A DNA stretch of 64,000 nt from Octopus vulgaris (Eukaryota): NCBI GenBank assembly GCA_951406725.2, contig OX597815.1:175088001-175152000 (forward strand), in the 5' to 3' direction. This document shows positions 12,133 through 23,875 of this stretch, piece after piece (the first letter of the stretch is position 1; the number at the start of each line of letters is the position of its first letter). The position numbers and the translations under genes were made by a program. The notes under the pieces were generated by a model. That model searched no databases and was not told the DNA's origin. It was given only the letters and a program-made list of their open reading frames with translations.

Positions 12133-13210
12133 TCATCATCATTCAATGTCCATTTTCAGGGTGGTTTGACTGGTGCTGGCAACCAGAGGGTTTCACTGGG
12201 CTCTGTTGTCGGCTTTGGTATGATCTCTATGGCTGGATGCACTTCCTAATACCAACCACTAAATAGTATACTAGGTGTTTTTTACATGGCACCAGCACTG
12301 GTAGGGGTCACCAAGTAACTTGCAAGAGAAAAAAACCCTTAACTAGGAGGGGATGTAGTATTGAGGGAGATGGCTTTGAAGTACAGTGGGTGGGGTGAAT
12401 ATAGGTGGTACAGAGTATTGAACAGGTTGAGTGGGCTGGGAAGATGGAGGAGGAAGTTTCATAAGAGTGTGAGGAGAGACGGGGTAGAGGTGACTGTGGC
12501 TAGTGATAGTGAGAGATGTAGGAGTGGCTCAAAGGTGCTCTGGTAGATATGTGAGGGCATTGCAAGTGATGGAAAGATGAGAGAGGAATTAAGGATGGAG
12601 TATAACAGAGCAGAGAGATCAATCACTGAATACTTCGTCTTGTGTCTTCCTCTTCTACAAGTTCCATCCACTTCAAGCAATCAGCACTTTTTTATGCAAC
12701 TGTCCTCATCCCAACACATCACATGACCAAACCATAGCAGTCTTCATTCTTGCACACATTTCATCTGATTCCTCTTATTCCTAACTTTTCTCTCAATACA
12801 TTTGCACTGTGTTGTGCATGCATACTAACATTGCACATCCAGTGGAGCATAAAAGCTTCATTGCTTCTAGTCTTCACATGTCCTCTGCATTCAGGGCCCG
12901 CATCTCACTACCATGTAGCATCTTTGTACATACACAGGCATCATACAGTCTGCCTTTCAGTGGAGGAGAGTAGGAGAGAGACCTTTTGGTAACAGTTCTT
13001 TGACTATTCTCCATCTTATTCTTATTCTAATGACTACACTTTCAGGACATCCTCCTCCACTGCTAATTAACTCTTCTAATTAACAGAAACTATCCATTAC
13101 CTCTAAGGAGCCTCAATGGTATTTGAGAAAATCAATTTCTTGTGTAGCCTTAGACTTTGTGGCAGCTCTGTATCTTCCACGTACAAACACTACATTCTAT
13201 GTTAACCCTT
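12133..13210 (-). mobile_element. RTE LINE fragment (tail, purine-rich 3' UTR, C-terminal ORF)
   Basis: Reverse-complement similarity to 8900-9420 and 16450-17020. Confidence 0.8.
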
Positions 13211-13447
13211 CCAGTGTAAGCAATGGACACCCAAGAGGTGCAGTGGAATAACAAGAAGGTTCAACATAGAAAGTAGTGTTTGTGTGTGGAAGATGCACCT
13301 TTGCTATGAAGTCTAAGGTCACACAGGAGACTGATTTTCTCAGATGCCCTGGAGGCGTCCCCGAGGTAGTGAATAATTTTTCTTACCTAAGAAAGGTAAT
13401 TAGTAGCGGAGGAGGAGGATGTTCTGAAAGTGGAGTTGTCAGAATAA
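13211..13447 (+). mobile_element. RTE fragment (PHD end / RT), inverted against the adjacent copy
   Basis: QCKQWTPKRC...FVCGRC...PEVVNNFSYL. Confidence 0.8.
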
Positions 13448-13969
13448 ATGATGTCTGTTCTGTATCCCCTCACTTTTTCTCATCACCCCCAATGTCCTTG
13501 AGGGGATTATCCTGACACATCTTTACCATCACTTTTCTCATTATCGGCCTCTTTATCTTATTCTCTTTTCTTTTCCAAGTGGGGTATCCATGTATCTACC
13601 CAACAGTAAAACCTCTACATCTGTCCTAGTATATCTTAAATATCTCAACTGGCACAAAGCTACACCCCCTCAATACTACCCCACCTCCCACTTGAGTGAT
13701 TTTTATCACTTGGTAATTCTTTTGGTATTGGTACCACATAAAAAGCACCTAGTACACTATATAAAGTGGTTGGCGTTAGGAAAAGCATCTCACTTTGTAG
13801 AAACCAAATCAAAACGGACAACTGGGACCTGGTGTGGCTCTCCGGCCTTGCCAGTTCCTGTCAAACTATCCAACCCATGCCAGCATGGAAAACACATTAA
13901 ATGATAATGTATATATCTTTCAATTACATGCTGTAAAATATGAAATACATATAAAATTTAATTTTTTAG

Positions 13970-14041
13970 CGAGAAGTCAAAGGGACACGAAAAGGAAACG
14001 GCAAAGAGAAGAAAGCTACATCAAGTTCTTCAAGGCCACTG
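13970..14041 (+). CDS. FANCI: FANCI exon (REVKGTRKGNGKEKKATSSSSRPL), basic linker
   Basis: ttttttag acceptor; CTG|gtaagt donor; 72 nt phase 0-0; position matches the Lys-rich linker of FANCI. Confidence 0.78.
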
Positions 14042-15389
14042 GTAAGTTCCAGATTTTATGTTGTTGCATCAACAAGACAGCAATGTCAGTTTGATTCTGG
14101 TCTAATTTAGACTCAAGAGCCTCAGAGCCAAAACATTCCTATAATTTTACACATGAGTGGCTCAAAAGTGCTATCAGTGCTGTAGTGCTCCCGCTGCTGC
14201 CAGCCACACAGGACTTTAACCCCAAACAGGTAATAACTTAAAGGTGACAGGGTTTTTCTTTTATTTGGCTGACTTTGAACCATTTATTGTTGTTACATAG
14301 GTTAAAATGCGAAAGCCAGGATCCTTCTGTTTTGATCTTATGTAATCCCTCAGAAAGCTGTGTTGCCCATACCTGTATCTGTTGAGTGATATTTGCTTCT
14401 ACCTTCCTCTTCTGCCACCAGTTTTCAAGGCTCTTCATTGTCTAAGAAGCTCTCTTTCCTCCTAATATGTAAGAGGGAGAAAAAAGAGTGCATGCATATG
14501 TCTAACTTGTATTTTCAGCCTGAAACTTTCCAGCTGAATGACTGCAAAGTTGGCCAGACTCAATCTATGGTGCCAATTGTCATTGTTTGGCACCAAATAT
14601 CACAATAGTGTTGCATCTTATATTATTTTGTGTCTGTTTTCTTGGGTCCCCATTGCTGCTAATAATAGAATAATAGGGGAAGGCACTGTAACAATGTGTC
14701 GCTGCATCCTAGCAGCGAGTGATTCCCTACTCTTAGCAGATGGCACCTTTGTGCCACTCATGTGACAAGCCTCCAACCCATGGGCCTCTTTGGGTAAATC
14801 ATTGTTGGTAAGGGTTCTACAAGATCAGGTTGTGAATCCTACATTTTACAACAAACACTGGAACATTGGGTCTATTCTTTGGCATGCCAGTCCCTGCATA
14901 GCATGTGTTGTGCTGCTAATAATAGCGTTCGTTAATTTCATCCAAGGCGTTCTTTAATTATGACTGAAACATTATTAAAATGTTGCTCTTATTTACCAGA
15001 GAATAAAGTAAGACATGTCAATTCTGATAATTTGGTCACATTTTGTTCTATTCCAAATTAAATTTTGCAGAATTCGATGATTTGATAGGACCACGAGAGC
15101 AGCAGATAAATTGGCTATACTAATTCATTAATTACATTTTCTATTATTCTTAGTTCAAATCCTGCTGAGAATAAATTGTTTTTCATTCATTCGGGCCCCA
15201 ATGACAGCGTACTTGTCAAATACAGCCAAATTAATTTGATATTCCTATGAAACATAAGTTATATAATTGGTAATAGATAAAACCCTTTAGACAGAGACAG
15301 TAACTTGCCCATGTTCACTTAATTTTATAGATAGGCCCTCAATGGGATTAAAACTCAATGAAATGATTGTGTAAAGTTGATGGGATTAA

Positions 15390-18215
15390 CCATATCATCA
15401 TTTAACATCTACTTTCCACACTGGTATGTGTTGGCTAGTTTGAGAGGGACCCAGCAAGCTGCAGAGCTGTGTCAGGCTGTAGAGTCCTCTTTGGCAGGGT
15501 TTCTGCAGTTGGATGTACTGGGTACTTTTTAATGAAGTTGCCTTGAAACTTTTCAAGACAGAGAAGAACAGAGGGAAAAGAAAGGGAGAAAGCTGCCACT
15601 ACTAAGAGGAAGTATTTGGAAAAATGTGGAAGTGGGTAGCTTTATTCCAGGTGTTGAAAGGCTCAAGTATGAAAGAGAGACAAGCACCGGTGTCTTGCTA
15701 TTGAGGAAATACATGGCTGAAGGTTGAAAAAGAAGAAGGTAATGATGAGGTGCTGGAGTAAACATTCAAGGAGCAAGAAGGTAAGCATGGGGTGTGGGGG
15801 TCAAGTATGGTGGGATACAGGAGGAGGAGATGAGAGACTGGATTGTGTCCTAAGAATGTGAGGTGGGAGTAAAGAAGTGGAGGTTGAGGTTTAAGATTAA
15901 TGATGAGTAAAGCAGTTGATGAGAAATACCAATCTGGAGAAGGGTAAGATGGAAGCTGTAGCGATTGCTCAAGAAGGGAATAGAAGAGAAAGTATGTGCA
16001 AAGTGTAAGAGTATTAGGGAGGGAGATATAGGGATAAATAAAGGGCTGTGATAGGTGGATCATGATGGTAGATATGGGAGAGCATTGCGAATGAGTGCAG
16101 ATACGTGTTTAGAATAGAGTATAGTAGAGGGGAGGGGAAGAGAAGGAGAGAGAGAGAAGTAGCTGAAGGGGCAGAAGGTGGGGAGTGATTGGTTGAAATA
16201 GTGTGGACAGGGATGATGAGGAATGAAGGAGATTTAGGGAGGGAATGGGATGTAAATATGTGCCAATTCTGGTCTCTGGTGAGCACAGTAGTCGAATAGT
16301 ACCATAGATGGGTGGAGGGTAACACCGCACATGTATGTACGAGCATAATCAAGAGGTTTTAGGAGACCATTTTTGCTGTAATGGAGGAGTCTTCCTGAGT
16401 AGAGCAAAATGCCAATCATCTTATGGTCATTCATCATCTCCTCCATAAGGCTGAGTAACTTGAGATCAGCCTTCAATACTTCATCCTACGTCTTTCTGGA
16501 TTTCCCTCTTCCACAAGTTCCATCCACTTCAAGCAATCAGCACTTTTTTATGCAACTGTCCTCGTCCCAACACATCCCATGACCAAACCATAGCAGTCTT
16601 CATTCTTGCACACATTACATCTGATTCCTCTTATTCCTAACTTTTCTCTCAATACATTTGCACTTTGTGGAGCATAGAAGCTTCATTGCTCTCTAGTCTT
16701 CACATGTCCTCTGCATTCAGGGCCCACATCTCACTACCATGTAGCATCTCTGTACATACACAAGCATCATACAGTCTGCCTTTCAGTGGAGGAGAGTAGG
16801 AGAGAGACCTTTTGTTGGACTATCTCCTTCCTATTTTTATTCTAACAACTACACTTTCAGGACATTCTCCTCCAATGTTAATTAACTCTCTTGCATAACA
16901 GAAACTATCCACTACCTCTAAGGAGCCTCCATGGCATCTGAGAAAGTCAATCTCCTGTGTTACCTTAGACTTCATAGCAACTGTGCATCTTCCACATACA
17001 AACACTGCTTTCTATGTTGACTGCACCTCTTGTGTGTCCATCGCTTGCACTGCGTACACCATATGCCTACACCTTTCCTACATATCAAACAGGGCTATTT
17101 ACCTGACGTGGGTAGGCTCCTACCTATTTTCTTGCTTACTAGAACCTTGGTCTTTGCCAAATTAACTTTAAGGTTCTTTGATTCCAAGTTTTACTTTCAC
17201 ACCAGGAATTTCTTTTCTGATTCTGTTACAGATTCTGATATATGAGAGCAAGATCATCAGCATATAGTAATTCCCTGGAGCAACCAGTCTTAAATTCCTC
17301 TGTTATGACCTGGAGGACAATGATGAATAGGAGGGGACTGAGAACCAAGTGCTGGTGCATACCTACTTGCATACTGTGTCACTGCTGAAGGCTAACTCTT
17401 GTCTTACTGACAACACCCCTGAGCATAGTTTGAATAGCATTCACAAGCCATTCATCTATCCCTGTCTTGCTCAGGGACCACCATATTACAGAGCAACATT
17501 CCCAATCAAAGGCTTTCTCCAGCTCAATAAATGTTAAATATAATGGTTTTCTCTTGGTCAGACTACAGCAGGAGATAGCATTTGTAGTACTTCTGCCTGG
17601 TACAAAACCAAACTACATTTCATCTACTCTAATTCTGTTCCTAATTAATTGAGCTAAAACACTTTCTCTGTAACTGCCATGATATGGATCACTGATATCT
17701 CAGCGGTTACTTCTCTCTAAGATATCTTCTTTACCCTTGTAGCAGCTGACTGTGATACTACTACACCAGTCATTAAGGATGACACCCTTCTGAATAACCT
17801 GATTAACTATACAGGTGACTAGACCATATTCTAATCTGCCAGATATTTTAAGTATCTCGGCAGTAACTCCTGATGGATCAAGTGCTTCCTCTGTCTTCAT
17901 ATGCTTAATTGCCGTATCTATCATATGTCTGTCAACCTAAATAGTTGGTCCCTCTGTTGGGTTCACATAGAGGAGACTCTCTCCCATTCATTCTTCATAT
18001 TCAATAACCTTTCATACTAGCGTTTCCAAGCATTAAATGCAAGCATAACATTATCCCGCCATACACACGTCTCACTTCTCACAACATCTCCATTCTGATA
18101 TACTGTCCAGCACTCAGGAACACCTCTTTTCTCTGGCCGTCATGCAAGACATTTACAAACGTCTTCCTTTCTGCTTCTCCTCTAGCTAGATAAACCTGAT
18201 GCCTAGCTTCCCTTG
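15390..18215 (-). mobile_element. RTE LINE, decayed RT region plus 3' UTR and tail
   Basis: On -: LSPLLFIIVLQVITEEFKTGCSRELLYADDLAL (~17245-17345), KVNLAKTKVL, PHD remnant, LEVVDSFCY; ORF 17700..17924 EALDPSGVTAEILK. Confidence 0.9.
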
Positions 18216-19380
18216 AAGTTGATGAGATTAACCTCAGGATAACTGCGGTATTATTTTATTGATCCTGATGAGATTTCAACAAGAACATAGAGAGATGAAT
18301 CTAAATATGTCCAGTTTTTTCGTTTCAACCATTGCACTTCCTTCGAAAGGATTGAGTTGCAGAATGGTTAGATGTGCAGTGCTAATGTATAAGAGGGGAG
18401 CAGCATCTGTAAATTGTGTATTGACTGGGTTGGTTTGTATTGAAGAAGGAAAACAACTTGAATGGACATATTCCTGTTCCAAGATCTGGAATATGTAGGG
18501 GTGGGGTAATATCAGGTAACATGCAGGTAAACTAAGAAAGCACTGAGAAATAAGATTCGGCCGATGTGTTTTGCTGGTCTGGATGTCCGTGGGTCTTGTA
18601 TGGAAAACGTTTGTGTTGATATGAGGGTCAGCTAAAAAGTTCATTGGCTGACCAAAATATCCTCATGGAATGTAATCGAATAAGATTTATTTTTCAACAT
18701 AGTCCCCCTTGTGGTCCACACACTTCTTCCCTTGCGTTGCAGTGTTTCGATCCTGTTGATGAGGAAGCTTGCATCAAAAAAGTCATCAACAGCAGATATG
18801 ACATCACCATCAATGCTATCCTGGTTCTCAACCAAATGTTTTTTTCATGTTAGGGAATGGATGCTTTTTGTAGCCCAAAATCTGAGGCCATCACCTTCCC
18901 TGCAGATAAAATACTTTTGGCCTTCTTTGGAGCAGGTGATGAGGAGTGATTCCACTGCATGGATTGTCTCTTTGTCTCTAGCTCAGCTATGAAACCAACA
19001 CTCGTCCTGGAATAGGAAATGGTTCAAAGGAACCAGCTGGATCTGCCTCAAGCAATGTTAGATTTTCCCCATGATGGGATCAGCCTGGTGCACTTTTGAT
19101 CAGGTGTGAGAAGACAGGGCATCCACTGAGCAGAAATCTTCATTATGCCAACTTCATTGTGCAGAATATTCTTTCATCTTTTATCTTTCACTTGTTTTGG
19201 TCATTAGAGACTGTGGCCATACTGGGGCACCACCTTTTAACAAGTTTTTGTCAAATGAATTGAACCCCACCTCTTTTTTTTTTTGTTTCCTTTTAAGCCT
19301 GGTACTTGTTTTATCGGTCTCTGTTGCTGAACCACTAAGTCATGGGGATGTAAACACACCAACACCTGTAGCCAAGCAGT

Positions 19381-22300
19381 AGATTTCCTGCCAATAGAGA
19401 AAGAGCCAGTTTCCAAGACTCTTTTATTGGAATTTCAACATCAGCAGGGTGTTTTTTTTTTGTTTGTATGTATATGTGTAGATTTGTATGTTTTGTTTTA
19501 TGTATGTATTCTCATGCATAAAGTTGCATGAGAATAGACAGGCTCATATATATACTGAAATGATAAACTTCTGGAAAGTTTTATAGATTCTTACAGTTCC
19601 AGTGATGGACTGGATTTTGATGTCCCGCATCATGACAACGTTACTTTGTCGTCTGCGTGACTGGCCTGTACACCAACTGACCCTGCTTGTTGCGTCTGTC
19701 CACTATTTATCAGGAATGGAACAGTCCACTTCTCACTCCACCACTCCACTCCGAAATTTTTTTCTTCTTCTTTCATACAGCATTATTTTTTGTTTCATTT
19801 CTTTTTCTTCCACACACATACAATTATTTTTCTTTCCAGAATGCCTCAGTCTGTACCAGTCTACATTGTTTACCGGTAGCACTACTAACACATAGAAACC
19901 TGACTAAAATCCATCTCATGAATTTATATTATTTTCCACTGTGTGTACTTTGACTCCTCGTCACCACTGATATGTCCTGTATTATGACAACATAACTTCA
20001 TTGTCTGTGTGACTGGTCTGGACAGTGTACCTCGCCCACTGATCCTGCTTGCTGTGTCTGTCCACTATCTGTCAGTAGTGAAACAGCCCACTTCTGGCTT
20101 AGGGGTGTCCGCCACAACAGATTTGTAGTCGTTCAAATCAGCTTTCTCCTTTCTAGTTTTGAGAAGCTTAATTTCTGAAGATTGGTATTGAGGTATTGAC
20201 ACAATACCCTAATAATTACAGGTATAAACCTGAACTTGTATTCTGGATAGAACAACTGCAGGTTTCTCAATAGTTCAGCATAATTATTCTCTTTTTCATT
20301 GATCTTTAGCTTTATGTTAATTGCTGGCCAGTTGATTCTCACAACTGTGCACAGTTTTTCTTTTCTATCCCAAAGCTTTAGATCTTGTTTCTTTGTCCTC
20401 AGGGTCATCCTTCCAACAGATTTCATTATACAGTGTCTTTGCAACATCATGTCTCATTGGTAGATTATACAGTGATGACATTTTTGGACAACCTCTTATG
20501 ATGCAAGTGATATCTTTGGTGTGAACTCCACAAAGTCTGCATCGGTTGTCACATTTTACTGCTTTTCCTGCAGCTCTGTCCCTTTTGTGCTTCAGGTATT
20601 CAGTTGATATTTCCTGTTCCTGGGTTGCAAACGCATATCCTTGAAGGTGGGAGGTAGTAATCAGGCATGATAAACTGCTTTGATGATCAATGTTACTATC
20701 ATCTTGGAGCTTTCTAGTAACATATCCATGCATGGATTTCTGCTCATGTATGCTTATCCTTTCGTCTGATGATATGTTGGGGTGGAGCTGTGCAACTTCT
20801 TTGGGCATGTACTTAAGGTTATCAGACAAGGAATGCTCAAGGATCTGCCTTCCAAGTCTTATGATGTTATTAACCTCATGTATGCAAACTCGGTCAAGGT
20901 GTGCATTTTGACACTTGGTGGTTAAAAGATGTTGCCAAAGGGACATGATACAACATTCAAATGCATTTTGGATCAATGTTAAGCCTCTTCCACCTTGTTT
21001 TCGTTTTAGGTAGAGACGGTCTACATCCCTGTTTATGTGGAGATTATGTGTGTTAGTTAGTATCTTCCAGGTTTTCACATCAATGGCTTGGATCTCATCA
21101 AGTGGCTGCAAACACATTGTGGGCTACTGTTTTATTAAATGCAGGGAGTTCTGAGGTCCAAATTTTGTTTATTCAACTGTAATATTCTTTAGTGACACAT
21201 GTTTTGTTACAGGTGCCACTGTAAGATATATTTTCATCCACCCTGAAATAGCTGAAACATTCTTCATCAGATATAGGGGAAACAGTCAAATCATTGATGG
21301 AGATGTTGCTAGTCTGGTTTATAGTTTTCCCCCATTTCACAACCATATAACAGCATTTATCCTGACCAAACTCCAACCCTACATCCTTTGAGAATGTTGT
21401 AACCAGGTGATGGCTCTTTTTCATCTCATGCATATTCTTTGCATAAAGTTTCAATCATCCACAAAGAAGCAGTGTGTAATTTTGGTATTTCTGTCTCCTT
21501 GTGAACCAGTGAGATATCCTTCAGACCTCCTTAACATGAATGACAAGGGATTTACAGAAAGTATAAACAACATCACAGAAAGGAATATGCCTTTGCGATA
21601 CTGTCTTCTATCAGTGATAATACAGTCACTGCCTGTGTTTAATTTCAAGATGGTGGCCCACAATGAAGTCAGGTCAGCTCTGGCTTTGACTATGCTCACT
21701 GGAACTTTAGCAGGTTAACGGGCCTTCTAGCATCCATGAGCAGGGAACAAAGTCAAAGGCTTTCTTGTAGTCTATCCATATTGAAACTAGGTTCTTCCTA
21801 TGCTCTCACACCTCCAACATCATAGTTTTGTTGATTAACAATTGCTCAGCACATCCCCAGACTCCCTTCTTTCCTTGTTCTGCTGTGATAATGGTATTGG
21901 CATCACAGTGGTCCTGGAGGATGTGCTTTAAACAGGCTGTATATATCTTATACATAAAGTTCTGGCATACAATTGGCCGGTAGTTTTGTTTTTTTTTTTG
22001 CTATGTGGTTGGTTCTGCATTTGGGGATCAGTTTTGTCTCTGCCAGAGCCAATTCATATGCTGTGCTACTGTTCGTATTGAGAACTTGCTGGCTTAGGTT
22101 GATTAGACATAGTTGATAGATGGTTAGCTTCTTGCACCAATATCTAACAACCAAGTCTCTTCCAGGCACTTTTCCCTCCTGAAGTTTCTGGATCACAGTT
22201 ACAAGGCTGTCATCATCAATGCTGTATATCTTGGGTGTAATGCAGGGACAATAACTTCTTTGAATTTCTTCCAGCCACAGAGCATCTTGGTTAAACTCCT

Positions 22301-22850
22301 TCCCTTCACTCCAGAAGGAGTCTATGTCTTCTCGTGAAGGAGCTTCTGTGATGTTCACTGTTCCTCCTCTCGTCTCTCTGTGCACTGCTGCCTGGTTTCT
22401 GTTAAATTTTTTGTTTATTGTTTTCCTCTCGGTTGTTCTCTTTTGATGCCAGAGTTTTTCTCACTGACAGCTTTTGGCTCTTGCATGAAGGTAATTAGTT
22501 TGCAAATGAGTGTAATCTTTTTGGTGTCCCAAAACATCACTTCTATCTCCGTGAGACGTAGAGGGGTTTGCTTGTTTGCACACGTTAAGCATCATCAAAT
22601 GGCTGATGGTCTTCTGTAAATCAAATTATCTTTTTCTCTGCCTTCAAAACCCATGATGGTACTTTTGTGTTTTGTCAGTTTTGTTCACCTTTTGAATGTC
22701 AATCTTGTAGACAGGTGTTAATCTGCCAGAATGATAGTTCATTGCACAACTGGAAATCCTCTTCTCTCATTCCATTATCAGCTTTTAATAGTGTATCTGG
22801 TAGTTTTGTTTTTTTACTTACTTTAGCTTTGAAGTACTCTCTTGAGGAGA
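19381..22850 (-). mobile_element. R4/Dong-like non-LTR retrotransposon (RT + CCHC + restriction-like endonuclease), decayed
   Basis: WIDYKKAFD, ITHCFFVDD, DVDRLYLKRKQGGRGL, ATQEQEISTEYLK, CRLCG...GC...MRHD, EKENNYAELL...PVII; several stops and frameshifts. Confidence 0.88.
19618..20119 (-). mobile_element. TRIM-like miniature LTR retroelement (502 bp)
   Basis: TG...CA termini; 5-bp TSD GATTT (19613-19617, 20120-20124); two diverged LTRs (19968-20119 and ~19618-19735); PBS-like TGGTGACGAGGAG 1 nt after the 5' LTR; purine tract before the 3' LTR; no ORF. Confidence 0.8.
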
Positions 22851-23086
22851 GAGAGTATTCTCTACCTCTCTCTACTCTTTTACTTGTTTCAGTCATTTGA
22901 CTGCGGCCATGCTGGAGCACCGCCTTTAATCGAGCAACTCGACCCCGGGACTTATTCTTTGTAAGCCCAGTACTTATTCTATCGGTCTCTTTTGCCGAAC
23001 CGCTAAGTGATGGGGACATAAACACACCAGCATTGGTTGTCAAGCGATGTTGGATGGGACAAACACACACGCATATATATATATAT

Positions 23087-23318
23087 ATCATCATCGTTTA
23101 ACGTCCGTTTTCCGCGCTAGCACGGGTTGGACGGTTTCGACCGGGGTCTGGGGAGCTCGGGACTGCCCCAGGCTCCAGTCTAGTCTGGCAGTGTTTCTAC
23201 AGCTGGATGCCCTTCCTAACGCCAACCACTCCGCGAGTGTAGTGGGTGTTTTTACGTGCCACCTGCACAGGTGCCAGAGGGGTCTGGCATCGGCCACGTT
23301 CGGATGGTGCTTTTTATG
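23087..23318 (-). mobile_element. Young-looking RTE 3' tail inserted in the SINE (AT)n tract
   Basis: CpG-rich copy of the tail consensus with (ATC)n end. Confidence 0.85.
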
Positions 23319-23875
23319 GGGGGGGTGCAGAAATATAGGGGAGCACCAGTGGGAGGGGTGGTTCAGAGGACAGGTACTAGTCAAGTAGAACGTAGGATAT
23401 CGAGAGAGGGGTAATGCATGGTGAAATAGCGTATTGAAGAGGAGGGTTCAAAGAGTAGACACCTATAATGGTGGTGGGGGGTGCAGAAATATAGGGGAGC
23501 ACCAGTGGGAGGGGTGGTTCAGGGGACAGGTTCTAGGCAAGTAGAACGTAGGATATCGAGAGAGGGGTAATGCATGGTGAAATAGCGTATTGAAGAGGGG
23601 GGTTCAAAGAGTAGACACCTATTATGGTGGTGGGGGTGTGCAGAAATATAGGGGAGCACCAGTGGGAGGGGTGGTTCAGAGGACAGGTTCTAGGCAAGTA
23701 GAACGTAGGATATCGAGAGAGGGGTAATGCATGGTGAATAGCGTATTGAAGAGGGGGTTCAAAGAGTAGACACCTATAATGGTGGTGGGGGGTGCAGAAA
23801 TATAGGGGAGCACCAGTGGGAGGGGTGGTTCAGAGGACAGGTTCTAGGCAAGTAGAACGTAGGATATCGAGAGAG
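23319..23875. repeat. Purine-rich minisatellite, ~156-bp unit x 3.5
   Basis: aaatataggggagcacc recurs at 23331, 23487, 23644, 23798; units nearly identical. Confidence 0.95.
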
